From positions 930,001 through 994,000 of the forward strand of contig CM007991.1 of assembly GCA_002189035.1 (NCBI GenBank): a stretch of DNA of 64,000 nt, read 5' to 3'. The translations under genes were made by a program, and so were the position numbers. Of this stretch, positions 26,175-38,773 are shown one piece after another; the first letter of the stretch is position 1; every line of letters begins with the position of its first letter. This DNA comes from Utricularia gibba. Its lineage: Eukaryota; Plantae; Magnoliophyta. The notes beneath the pieces were generated by a model. The model saw nothing but the letters and a program-made list of their open reading frames with translations, had not been told where the DNA came from and did no database searches.

Positions 26175-29107
26175 ATGGAAACTGCAGCGATGTGTTCGTC
26201 GTTGCCATCTCACCCTGCCAAGGACTACGGTCACTATCAACACAATGATGCTTGCAGCGTAACCAGGTGGACTGCCAGGTTAACCAATTTAGGAAACCCT
26301 CATAAATGCATTCCAAGTACAGGTTGAAATGAGCCTTTGCTTTGCAGAAATTCTGTGATCTGGGCTTTTCGTATGGGGATTGTAATATCATCATCACATT
26401 GGTGTTGGTAGGTTTGTGAAGTTGATCAGTTACCTGAATGTCGCAGGGAATGCTATCAGTTCATGTATTCAAGACCGTGGGAAAAAATTAATACTTTCTA
26501 TTCAGATTTAGTAGAAGGCCGCCGAAGGCTCTCTGATATATTCAAGAAAGAGGTGAGTTGTTATCCTTCTCATTGGACAAAGTTTGTACGGGGCATCGAA
26601 AGAATGCGCAACTGCTTACAAAATGATTGAAAATACTATAATCTGTATGCAATTCATGCCAAAATATATGGATTTTAGATATTTCAAGAAAAGCTCATAC
26701 AAGCGTGATCCCTTAATCATAGTTGTCTTTTTACAGGTAAATATTGGACATGCTGTTAATGAAACTTTGGAGGTGTGTGGCAACTGTCAATCAACCAGTT
26801 CCCCAGATAAGGGTAGGACTGGCAGATGGGAAAGAGTCACATTCAAAATAGTTTTATCATACCATGGATATTCTTTTGATGGGTGGCAAAAGCAACCTGG
26901 TTTAAATACTGTTCAGGGGTAACATTCCTTTTCTCTCAGTTTGTTAACTAGTTGCAGTTTGCATTTCCATTAATTATAAGGTTGCTGTTATATAGTTTAC
27001 CTGCTTCTAGTTCACAGATTGATTGAAAAATCTCTTGGAGTATTCATCGATGATAAGAAAGCTCTTCAGCTTAAAGAAAAGAATTTGCCAAGAGAAGGCT
27101 GTGCAGTAGTTGCTGGACGTACGGACAAAGGAGTGACAGCTCTTGGACAAGTTTGTTCTTTTTGTATGTTGAATGTGCTTTCGAAATAATTGCATAATCT
27201 CTCAGTTCCATGAGTTCGGCAGTTGCTACCATTGAAACGTGTATAGATTTATAGAGGATGCTTTGGCGACCGGCATGAGAGCTATGGTTATGGTTTCAAA
27301 TACCATAATCCATAGATTGCAACTATAGTGTCAGGAAAGGGAAAAAAAATAATAATTGCTGCAGTGGATGTTGTCTCAAGGCCTGCTAAATAAGCAACCT
27401 GTCTTTAAGATCAATGCTTCTACTAGCCTTAAACAATTTGTAAAATTTCATTATTGTGTTCTTTTTTTAGATACATGGAGAAAGGACGTAAAAGCTGAAG
27501 CTATTATGAATGCCATGAACGATATTTCACCAGGAAAGCTTAGAGTTACTTCTGTCTCCCAGGTATAATTCAATGTGTGGTTGTTACATATGCAATAGAT
27601 GATGCCCTTATCATTTTATGGATATGCTGTTAAAGGAACTAAAATGTTTCAGGTCTCTCGTGAATTTCATCCAAATTTCTCTGCAAAATGGAGACGATAT
27701 TTGTATATATTTCCTCTAAATGATGAATTTGGGGCTGCTGAAGCTTTTCGATCAGATAAAAATGCTCAAATGGCAGATGTTTTCCAGGATGACCAACACT
27801 GTGAAGACTCAGGTGAGGAAATTTATCCCTTTGATATGATGTGGTATTGCTGTGAATCTAATGATATGCAAACAGGTAACAAGCCAGTGAAGTTTGAAGT
27901 GAGCCATGTTAACCAGTTATTGCTGCAAATGGAAGGAAAATCACTGTCCTTCAGGATGTTTGCGCGTGATACGAAGGCTTCACGAAGCGTGTAAGGCATT
28001 TGAAATTCAACTTTATAGTTTCCTCTGTTGTTGATCTTCAGGATTTCATGATTTTTCTCTAGTTACAGTTACAATCACATCTGCATCATTAGGTGGCTTT
28101 CAAACTATTTTTACCACTACCTCTGAAAGTGAACATTAGACTTTTTAAAAAAATAATCATTTGAGATTCCCTCTTATGTATCCCGCTAATCCTTGATGAT
28201 GCACTTGCAAATGTGTCCTTGGGGAGTACGTGGATTTTCTTCTTTGTTGTAATTGTTTCTAGAACTCAAATAATTCATTTCCACGCATTGCCTTATCCTG
28301 CTTCTGTTTCTTAGTTTTCCGCCTAAGATGACAACTAAAGTTCTTGGTTTTTCAGCTGAAGCTGAGATGATTATTATTGTTTGTGGAACCGATTTTATCC
28401 ATCAAGTGTACTCGCCTTTTTTTATCTGGGTCGAGTTAGCGGTTTTAATGTGACCTGACAAGCTGACATTGAATCGTATTTGCCTGATTTGTCCATGAAA
28501 CAAACCTTTTTCTGAATCCAATGTTTGAGATGCAGTGGTCCACCCACAATGTGCTTCATCTCTCACGCCCGAGCCGCAGAATTCTACTTGCCTTGCCCAA
28601 AGGTTGCTACATGATACAATCTTCCTTCCCCTTCTTTGTTTTCTTATTTCATATGTACAAAATACACCATATATATGATGTTAGTCACACTGATTCTTTT
28701 TTATTAATCAAGGATGGAACTAGCTTGAAGGTCATGTGCGTGGAGCTTGTTGCCGATCGCTTTCTGCGGAAGGTAGCCATCTTTCTCCACCTAGTGTTGA
28801 AAGTTAGGTCCCCCCCCCCCCCACCACAAAACTGAGTGTATTGATGAAAAACATGCTTTCCATTTGCTGAACCATTCTCAACCCTCCATAATGTCTTCAT
28901 TGTTGGCTGTTTTTCTGTTAGATGGTTCGAGTTTTGGTGGCAACTGCGATCAGAGAAGCAGCTGCTGGTGTAGATGAAGATGGGCTACTGCGGCTGATGG
29001 AGGCAACTTGCAGGCGTGCCACTGCGCCGCCCGCACCTCCAGATGGCCTTTGTCTTGTCGATGTGGGATACACTGACTTTGAAGCTAGCTATTCCTTGAT
29101 CCTCTGA
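26175..29107 (+). CDS. TruA-family tRNA pseudouridine synthase (9 exons)
   Basis: LSYHGYSFDGWQKQPG, catalytic AGRTDKGV, FSAKWRRYLYIFP, RFLRK|MVRVLVA, APPDGLCLVDVGY. Confidence 0.92.
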
Positions 29108-29695
29108 GGCTTTATACCCAATCCAGTTATTGAATCTTAAACTAATTTAAAAGAGAGACAACTCTTTCAGAAGATTATGGATTTAGTTTTCATGTACAAG
29201 ACCATGCATAGGATGACTCCACGAATGTCAAACATTTCATTTTGGACAGATGATCATTCTCTGACAGTTAAACATCTCAATCTCGACTGTCAAAGCATTT
29301 GTTTATCCAAATTTGAAAATGATAAGTAACTCATCAATTTCAACATAAAGGCAATGTTCTATTTTACTGTAAAACTTCAAACCAAAGAAGTGAATGGTTT
29401 AGAGAGGCCCCTAACTTTAAGGACATCCATGGGGTGAAAAAATGGCGATGTAAGAAGCCTTTCAAAGCATTCATGGCATGACAATGCACATATTTACCTC
29501 ATCCCCTTGTTAGAATACAAGGGCAAGAGACTAGTTTCCTCCAAGGAAGGGGAAGGAGATACTGGACCTCAAACAGAGGTCCAGGATCAATTGGCGTTGC
29601 CCTTCCACAGTTTTTCTGGGTTTCGTGCATTTCTGTAACATCGATTACAGAAACATCTGCAACGAAGAACAAACTCAATCCGTCTCCAGGAGAGG

Positions 29696-32554
29696 ATGTT
29701 GAGCAAAAGGGGAGGAGGAATGAAGCTAGATATGGTTGCTGTAGCCATAGACAAAGACAAAGGCAGCCAAGCCTCTCTGAAATGGGCTGTTGAAAACCTC
29801 CTGTCCAAAGGAAAAACTGTCACCCTTCTCCATGTCAGGCAGAAGGCTGCTTCTCTTGCTGCAGGTGAGTTCATATCAGACTCGAAATCCAAGATCCAAG
29901 CGCGTTTTGTGGGGAATGAGTTCATTGCTTCTCAGCATTTGTTAGCATGGATTTCATTTCAAGTGCTATCATTTGAATGCGCAGGCAAGGTCCCGATTGA
30001 TGCTCAAGCCAAAGAGTTCTTCCTTCCTTTCCGTTGTTTCTGCACCCGCAAAGATGTAAGGCAATCAGCAGTGCTTTTACAGAAACCTCAATTGGAAAAT
30101 ATTGAAAAACTGTGTGAAAACAGATAAAAGTCATTGAAGTTCTGCTTGAGGATTCGGATATAGCCAAAGCTATTTGTGAGTACCTGAAAAACAACGCGAT
30201 TGAGACACTAGTGGTGGGCACCTCGGTCAAGAATGGATTCATAAGGTAATACATGCAACTGTTTGGTGAAATCTTTTAACCACAGAGCACTTACAAATCT
30301 CCTCACAGAACATTCAAGTCTGTTGATGTCCCTGGAACCATTTCAAGATTGGCACCCGACTTTTGCACTGTCTATGTCATTGCTAAAGGGAAAATGGCTT
30401 CCGTCAGGGCCGCCACATCTTCACTTTCAAAAGATGGTGCTCGTACGAGTGTAAGCGATTCACCTGTTGATGGCTCTATCCGAGGTGACTTCTTTGGTCT
30501 TACTCTTGCACCTCCATTCCGTAGGCACAAAATTTACAGTCCTAATTGCAGGAACATTTTCATCAGCTTTTGCACCCCGGGGCAGCATGCAAGAGGAATC
30601 AGATGCAATAAGGTGAGCCACGAGATGCATGCTAAAACTATAAATAAAAGGTAAGTTCACAAGTAAAAGAACATGTCTGATTTTGAAGGTCACCTTTTAA
30701 CTACGGCAGAGGTTTGAATCGATCGTATGGAGAACCCTCAACACCTGAAAGTGATATTTCTTTTGTGAGCTCCGGCCGGCCTAGCTATGAACGTTATTTT
30801 CAGTCACCAGATCATGATATGTTCATGGTTCCTCGTCTGTCAAGTAGTTCAGACACAGATAACAGATCAAGTTTTGGATCTTCGTTCTCCAATCCAAGGA
30901 TTTCGGATTCAAGTAATAGTTTTGGCATTTTCTCATCTAGCTCACAGGAAAGTGGAAACCTTTCATGGTCAGGATCCCAGAACCTGGTGAGCAACAGTCT
31001 CCAAATTTAGTGTATGGAAGAGCTGTTAATGTTATAAGGATATTTCATTATTCCCAATACGTTGCCTATCAATAACTGTTTCCATTTTATATGCCACATC
31101 CCAATTCAATGTGTAATGCAGGATGAAGTGGAGAATGAGATGAGAAGGCTCAAGCAGGAGCTCAAACAGACAATGGAGATGTATAGCACGGCGTGCAAGG
31201 AAGCGCTTTCTGCAAAACAGAAGGTACATTTCTTAGTTGTTTTAATCATCCATGCAAAGCATAATATGAGGATAGATACATATTAAAATATTCAAGAAAA
31301 CAATAGACAATGCATCTGGTTATACCTTCCAGGCCCTGGAACTCCATCGCTGGAAAATAGAGGAAAAGCAGAGACTTGAGGATGCACGGTTAGCTGAAGA
31401 AGCAGCACAAGCAATTGCAGAGACTGAAAAGGCTAGATGCAAGGCTGCACTTGAGAGAGCTGAAGCAGCTCAAAGAGTAGCCGAACTTGAAGCACAGAAA
31501 AGAATTAATGCTGAAAGAAGAGTTCTGAACGAAGCAGAAGCGAGAAATAAAATGCAGGATACGTTGTCAAGTACAGGTGTTAGATATCGGAGATACACCA
31601 TAGAGGAGATCGAAGCAGCCACAGAGTATTTCTCTACATCCCTGAAAATAGGGGAGGGGGATATGGTCCTGTCTACAAGTGCCACCTTGATCACACACCA
31701 GCTGCAGTAAAGGTTCTACGTCCAGATGCAGCCCAAGGGAGATCACAGTTTCAACAAGAGGTGAGAAACAAATCACTGAATGCATCCCTGAAAATTCACC
31801 CGACTTTACTCAGAATGAGTAGCATAATAATAGAATTTACATCATGACGCAGGTTGAAGTTTTGAGCTGTATTAGGCATCCAAACATGGTTCTCCTCTTA
31901 GGGGCATGCCCAGAGTATGGCTGCCTCGTTTATGAGTACATGGCCAATGGCAGCTTAGAGGACCGTTTGTTGAGACGAGGAAATACTCCAGTACTCTCTT
32001 GGCAAATCAGATTCAAAATAGCAGCAGAAATAGCAACTGGGCTTCTCTTCCTGCATCAAACTAAGCCAGAACCACTAGTGCATAGAGATTTAAAACCAGG
32101 AAACATTCTGCTGGATGGAAATTTCGTGAGCAAGATTAGTGATGTTGGGTTGGCAAGACTCGTTCCTCCTTCTGTGGCTGACACTGTGACACAGTATCGC
32201 ATGACCGTGACAGCTGGAACCTTCTGCTACATAGACCCTGAATATCAGCAAACTGGGATGCTAGGCGTTAAATCTGATGTATATTCATTTGGAGTAATGT
32301 TACTTCAAATCATAACAGCAAAACCTCCAATGGGTTTGACTCATCACGTTCAAAGAGCTATTGATCTTGGAACTTTTTCAGAGATGCTTGACCCTGCAGT
32401 TCCAGATTGGCCAATAGAAGATGCTTTTATTTTTGCAAAAATGGCTCTCAGTTGCACAGAATTAAGGCGAAAAGACAGGCCTGACCTTGCAACTGTTGTA
32501 CTGCCAGAGCTCAACAGATTGCGTGCTCTTGCTGAGAGGTCAATGCAAGCTTAA
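29696..32554 (+). CDS. USP (UspA)-domain plus coiled-coil plus Ser/Thr receptor-like cytoplasmic kinase; 1-bp frameshift in the Gly-rich loop at 31656-31660
   Basis: VAVAIDKDKGSQASLKWA, LPFRCFCTRKD, APDFCTVYVIAKGK; kinase motifs HRDLKPGNILLD, KISDVGLAR, GTFCYIDPEY. Adding one G restores KIGEGGYGPVYK...AAVKVL. Confidence 0.9.
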
Positions 32555-32920
32555 CATCAAACCCCGGTCGTACGAGATCATCTGTTCAAGACATTGTCCA
32601 TTCTCAAGTAAGTGTATTTCACTTATGATCATAGAACAGGATGTTGCTACTTCATTCCCCTCCTATTTAACTCAGGCCCTCGACCAACTCTTTGCAGGTC
32701 CAACACTCTAGGATCAAAACACAAGAGTTCAGTTACACCTGGATATGTTGCAGAAAGGAGTAACACAAATTCTTTGGTTTGATTCCTTTTTGAGAAACAT
32801 GAGTCTTTGATACAAATACTGTAAATGTACGAGTCCTTAGGCTTGGTTTTTCATACTCTAAAGAACAAGACGGACTAGTGTTATCTCTTATCCAGCTCAC
32901 ATGTACGGTTTTACATATGC

Positions 32921-32924
<4 letters not shown>

Positions 32925-32954
<30 letters not shown>
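32925..32954. repeat. (TC)15 microsatellite
   Basis: Directly visible. Confidence 0.95.
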
Positions 32955-32963
<9 letters not shown>

Positions 32964-33228
32964 GTTAACAATATGCAATCACTGTAGTAGAACATTTACA
33001 CAAGGTACCAACATGCAATCAACCTTAAAAACAACTACAAGGCTCATATTATGGAAACACAATTTACTACACTAATATTTCACATTGTTCTTCATAATAT
33101 TCATATGCTTGATAACGATCAAGTAGTTTAACACAAGCTATTTAATGTTTCCTCCAACGAATGTAGAGAGAAAATAAAGCACTTACCTGTAAGTGTCAAT
33201 GCCCTTTTCTTAAGCCAATTTTACAGTT

Positions 33229-34320
33229 TCAATTAGATTTCCAAAAAATTTGGCCACCCGATGACTTTTTCTTCATGTAAGTAGAAATCAACATTTTGTA
33301 AGTCCAAACTCTGTTTTTTGTAAATTCCATAACAGATTCGGAGCTCAAATGAAAGTCTCCTTTTCCCAATGCCTCGAAAATAATCGGATCTGTCAATAAT
33401 GAGACTGGATTATCCCATTCAAACTTACTCAAAGGGAAATCCAAATTTCTCGCAAGCTTTCTATCCATATAAGCATCAACCACGCAACCATATGTTACCA
33501 GATCAGGAACAACTGCTTCATGTTTCATGTGTTCAAGGCTCAGATGCAGATCCCACATCATAGACATTTTGGAGAACGCAAGAGCTCTAATATTAAACGT
33601 TTGCAGGTCTGGGCTAAATCCAGATTCCACCATTCTCACAAATTCTCTTTGCAAGCTTTTCATTTTGAACTTTGCTGCATATGATAGAAGCAGTAGGTTC
33701 CAGAGTAGATTGCCAACATTCCTCCTACCAAGACCAACATCAGAAACAAAGCGGCCTAAATCATAGAACTTATTCTCCTTGATATATGCAAGTGAAACAG
33801 CCCTAATGGCTTCTTCCTCGATGAGAATCCTAGATCTCTTCAGTCTACCATATGCATTTTCCATCTCGCTCAATGAACCAAATGCACTATAATACAACAA
33901 ATAAGCATTTCCAGTTGAAGAGTCTACAGAATAGCCCAAAGAAACCATTTCTTTAACCATATTTCTCATGCAATGGAGCTGTCCTCTCTTTCCAAAATAA
34001 GAGATAGCATGGGCAAAAATACCAGGTAACAAAAAAAAATCTTTCTGTTGCATATCACGCAGAATTCTGGAAACCATACCAAAATCTTCCATATTTCCAT
34101 AAATTATGATCAACTGAAATACTAAATTAACATCTGGGGTGATGGAACTGTTCATCAGACCATCCCAAATTTCCAGTACCTTAGACGATGAATCATTACG
34201 AGCATAATAAAGCAGTGAAGCTGACAACTTGGAATTGTCTTGTCCACTTGATACCACATTTTCTTTAAATGAAATATAAACACGAGCATCTCTCCTCCAG
34301 CCATGACCCACATTTTTGCC
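33229..34320 (-). CDS. P-class pentatricopeptide repeat protein (resembles Arabidopsis At3g42630 from memory); 5' end unresolved
   Basis: PPR-like helical units and segments DVGLGRRNVGNLLWNLLLLSYAAKFKMKSLQREF, FSPDLQTFNIRALAFS, KGDFHLSSE. A TAG acceptor lies at about 34321, with a possible upstream exon ending at 34651. Confidence 0.82.
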   Translation of the reverse strand, partial: GKNVGHGWRRDARVYISFKENVVSSGQDNSKLSASLLYYARNDSSSKVLEIWDGLMNSSITPDVNLVFQLIIIYGNMEDFGMVSRILRDMQQKDFFLLPGIFAHAISYFGKRGQLHCMRNMVKEMVSLGYSVDSSTGNAYLLYYSAFGSLSEMENAYGRLKRSRILIEEEAIRAVSLAYIKENKFYDLGRFVSDVGLGRRNVGNLLWNLLLLSYAAKFKMKSLQREFVRMVESGFSPDLQTFNIRALAFSKMSMMWDLHLSLEHMKHEAVVPDLVTYGCVVDAYMDRKLARNLDFPLSKFEWDNPVSLLTDPIIFEALGKGDFHLSSESVMEFTKNRVWTYKMLISTYMKKKSSGGQIFWKSN

Positions 34321-36680
34321 CTATTTATCATCAAACAAATAAAAGCAACATCAAGGTTCATATTTTAAAAGTAAGAAGCCGGAGTTAATGCCCAAAACGA
34401 CCGGTGCCAAATAAAAAGTCTTCCGGGTTTCCTATGTGATGACCAGAGTCATTCCAAGCCCTAAACTACGATAATCCAGACTTACTTATTTATTTTTATC
34501 TAAACACTGGAGCATATGCATTTCCAAGTAAAATAACTATTTGCGTCGCGCAATCGCCTCTTCAATCCTAATCAACTTCAGGGAAAGACAGCACTGCCCA
34601 AGTCAAAAGCAAGAAAAAATTACCATAGCATGCGAAGACGGGTATCTCACCCTTAGTGGATTCAGATGGCATGCCAGTAGCATGATTTCCAGCTCTTCAG
34701 GAGTATGCCTGCCAGGGACAACGCAATGTTTTCTTGCGCATCCTCCAGCAAGTTTGCTTAAACAATCACTTAACAAAATTCAAGAAAAATAATGGTGGGC
34801 CGTCAGCATATTGGCCCAACCCACTGACATACATCTTCATAGTCCACCAGTCTGATATATAGCCCATATCACAAACCCAAATTCAAACTATAAAAATATT
34901 CTCGACACGAAATTTAAATTTATCTAAAATCAATTTTAAATTAAACGATCGAACTACATTATTCGATGCGCAAATAATGGATACGAAAGTATGTATGAAT
35001 ATGATTATAGAGATTTTGTTGGCACCATTCCAATGTTCAAATCATTTAAATAATTTGAATGTTACCATTAAAATAACACTACGGTTTTGTTCTGTAATTT
35101 AAAATTGCACTTCAAATTATATAAAATAAAATCAATTTTAAAATTATATGAATAAAATTGATTCGATATTATAAAATTGGTTTATGGTATAATATAAAAT
35201 TATATTATAAAATTTCATAAAACATAATAGATATTATAAAATTATATAATTTAATGTTATAGTATACATATATTTTTAATATAGATAAAAATAAATAATA
35301 TATATAATTTTTATTAATTAATCTCTTATTTAGTTATTGAAATTCAATAATTTTTGAATTTAATCTTTACTACAAAACGACTAAAGATTGAAATCTTTAA
35401 AAATTAAACAGAATCATTTCAATAAATAATGAAAATAAAACTTACCCTACATGTAGTAAAGTTGGATCTGATTTTCCAAAAGTCAGCTTCTTGTGTCCAA
35501 TTTTTTACTCATGGTCTTCCTCCAGGTACTTCAAGTTGAATCTCCTCATCAATTAAGTTCATTGCCTTCCAAGACAGTTGACCATTCTTAAATGACCTAG
35601 AAAATATTTATCCAACATTTTCCATGGTAAATTTATTGAAATTGAATTAATTAACTGGACCATGGTAAAGTTTGTCTGATGGTCGCCAACACGTGACTCT
35701 ATGTAATAATGTCGCGCACGTGCAGCCTTCCTTTTTACAATCGTGTTACATCCCAGGCACTCCCTTATCAAATTCGTTCCAATTCCTCTTCTGTTCCCTT
35801 AAATATTCTTGAAGCCTGCTTTTTTTTATTATTATTTGTTGTAGAGCAGAAAACCCAATGATTAAAAAAAAATTCTGTTGGGACGTGTTTGATAGGTAAT
35901 TTAATTAATAATATATTTGAGTTATTTATATTTAAATAAATACGTATCATGTGATTAAGATTAAAATTTGTTTAATAAATAGGTTTTGAACATCTATGTT
36001 TAAAATAATATTGTATAGATAAAAGGTGAGATTTGAAATGCTGAATTCAAAGTGTTTTACAGTTATTTTATAAAACATTCGTATATTTTTAAATTAATCT
36101 ACCAAACACACACTTACATGAATAACGAAACTCATGTATAAGTGTTTTGAACCACAAACCGTTCGTCACATGAAATAAGACTATAGTAAAAAAAAAAAAA
36201 AAAAAAAACCAACGTGGGATGCAAATCTGACTTTGGATGATTCATTATGGGATGGTGAATCTGTATCATGCCCCGACATCTCACATTGTTTAATTCTTAG
36301 CAGTTTGATTCTTTTCATGGAAATCTGCGTGTTGATTTATTTTTCGCTTTTTAGATGGAAGAAGTCTTGGCATTTAAACTATTTTTTTAATCAAATCATT
36401 CAAATAAAAATGAATAGCATTGAGGCACTAGTGGCCAATCGACCCCCTTGTCCATTTGATTAATGTTCCCAAATTCGGCCATTCATATACTTGTTAGTAT
36501 CAAACGTCAAAAAACCACACATCCAACTATACGTGTCGAAAATTACGTCTTTTTAATAATAATATTTTTTCAATACACGTATGATTTGTATAATAATTAT
36601 ATTATTATTTTAACCGTATTAATAATATATCAAATATAATATTATTTTAAATACGTTTGTAAAATATATTTTTCCGAAAA

Positions 36681-36681
<1 letters not shown>

Positions 36682-36730
<49 letters not shown>
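36682..36730. repeat. (TA)24 microsatellite about 290 bp upstream of HKT-A
   Basis: Directly visible. Confidence 0.95.
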
Positions 36731-36734
<4 letters not shown>

Positions 36735-37015
36735 TTGAGTTTAATATTAAATTTTGTGTGAACATAATCTTTGGGAATATGCTACCAGTCTACCACACGG
36801 TATCGCGCTAGGGTTATGTTATCAAGCCCCTGATGTTAAGGGTTATTTTACCCCAATAATAATAACCGCTAGTGCTAAAATGGGTAATTCTCCGGTATCA
36901 AGTTGGTAAAATTGAAGGAAATAGTCAACCACAGCAATTAATTTTACCGTCAGTATATAGTGAACCTAGTGCAGTAAATTTTTGCAGCAACACGCAACAC
37001 AAGGCTTTGGCTTCA

Positions 37016-38773
37016 ATGGCCGGATCTTCCCCATCACCGCGGCGGCTTGTCTCTTCACTCATACACGCTCTCTTCTTCCGCATCGATCCGTTCTTCTTGG
37101 AGCTAAGCTATTTTCTGCTCCTCTCCGTCGTCGGCATCCTCCCTTTCAAGATCTTCAAACTCCGAAATGACACGCCGTTTCCCGTGTCCAACTTAGACCT
37201 CTGGTTCACTTCCGTGTCCAGCGTCACGGTGTCGAGTATGGATGCGGTTGAAATGCAAGCATTTTCAAACATACAGCTTGTGTGTATGACGGTCATGATG
37301 TTCGTTGGAGGGGAAGTTTACTTCTCTTTTCTGCGTTTACGTCTTTACTTGATCAAGATAAAGATGGTTGAAGAAAAAATGACGGCACAGATTGAGGTTG
37401 CAGATCTGCCCGAAAGCGACCACAGTGTCGCCGGGGAAGTTGTCGGAGTAGGAAGGGAAACGATGGAAGAGGAGGAAGAAAGGTTTAAGGTGAAATGCTT
37501 AAGGGTTTTGTCGTGGCTGGTGTTGTGCTACTTGCTGGTCATTCATGTCTTGGGCTTCGTATTCGTCCTGCTCTACGTGAGACTCACCAAGAGTGCACAC
37601 GATGTGCTGAAAGTACGAGGTTTGGTGTCGGAAACTTTCTCGATTTTCACTGTGGTTTCAACATTCTCCAATTGCGGATTCATTCCGACCAACGAGAACA
37701 TGGTGGTTTTTAGTCAGAACTCGGGTCTGTTACTTCTTCTGATTGCTCAGGTCAGATTCTTTTCTTTTTTTTTTCTGTCGGCATCATTAAGACAAGCATT
37801 AATATCTATCTGGAACGAATTCCTCAGGTTCTAATGGGGAACACACTGTACCCTGTCTGTCTGCGATACTTCATCTGGGCTCTCGAGAAGCTATCACACA
37901 AACCCGAACTTACGTACTTGTTGAATAACCCTAAAAAAGTGGGATACGATCATCTCTTCTCACGCGTGCGCTGCTCCTATCTTGCCATCACCGTCATCTC
38001 CTTCATCGTTCTTCAGTTGGTCGTCTTCTTTTCGTTTAACTGGAACTACCAGAGTGGGCTTAACCCGTTTCAGAAGATAGTTGGAGCTCTGTTCCAAATT
38101 GTGAATGCACGACACACCGGAGAAAACATCGTCGATCTCACCTCGCTGTCGTTAGCTTTGGTGACCATTTTCGTCGTCATGATGTGAGTTTCTACCCTTT
38201 TCCCTTCTCATGGTTAACCAGAACTTCTAACCATTTCTATTCATTCAGGTATCTTCCACCTTATACGTCATTTCTACCTCCAGAGGTGGCTGAAGCAGAA
38301 ATCGAAGCGAGTTCAGAAAAGACTGTATCAGAGAAGAAGAAGCGCTTCCCAAATTGGAACAACATCTTTTTCTCCCCACTCACACATCTCACCATCTTCG
38401 TCGTTCTCATCAGCATGACCGAGAGGCATCACATCATAAACGATCCTCTTAACTTCAACCTTCTCTCCATCATCGTCGAAGTCGTAAGGTTAACCGCTGT
38501 TTCTTCTCCTGGTTCAATCTCTAAAAAACATTCCATTTGTTATTCGCTACAACAATCGCTTTTGGGTATTGCAGTGCATCTGGCAATGTAGGGTTTACAA
38601 TGGGATACAGCTGCGAGCTGCAGATCAAGCCTGAGAGCCACTGCATAGATCCATTTTATGGGTTTGTGGGAAGATGGACAAATGGTGGAAAATTCTTGCT
38701 GATCATGGTAATGTTTTACGGGAAGATCAAGAAGTTCAACTCAAGAGGAGGTAGCGCTTGGATACTGGCGTAG
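37016..38773 (+). CDS. HKT1: Class I (Ser-Gly-Gly-Gly) HKT Na+ transporter, HKT-A; 4 exons
   Basis: Pore loops TVSSM, NCGF, RHTGE, SGNVG; introns at 37751-37827, from 38184 and from about 38488; ends GGSAWILA*. Confidence 0.93.
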
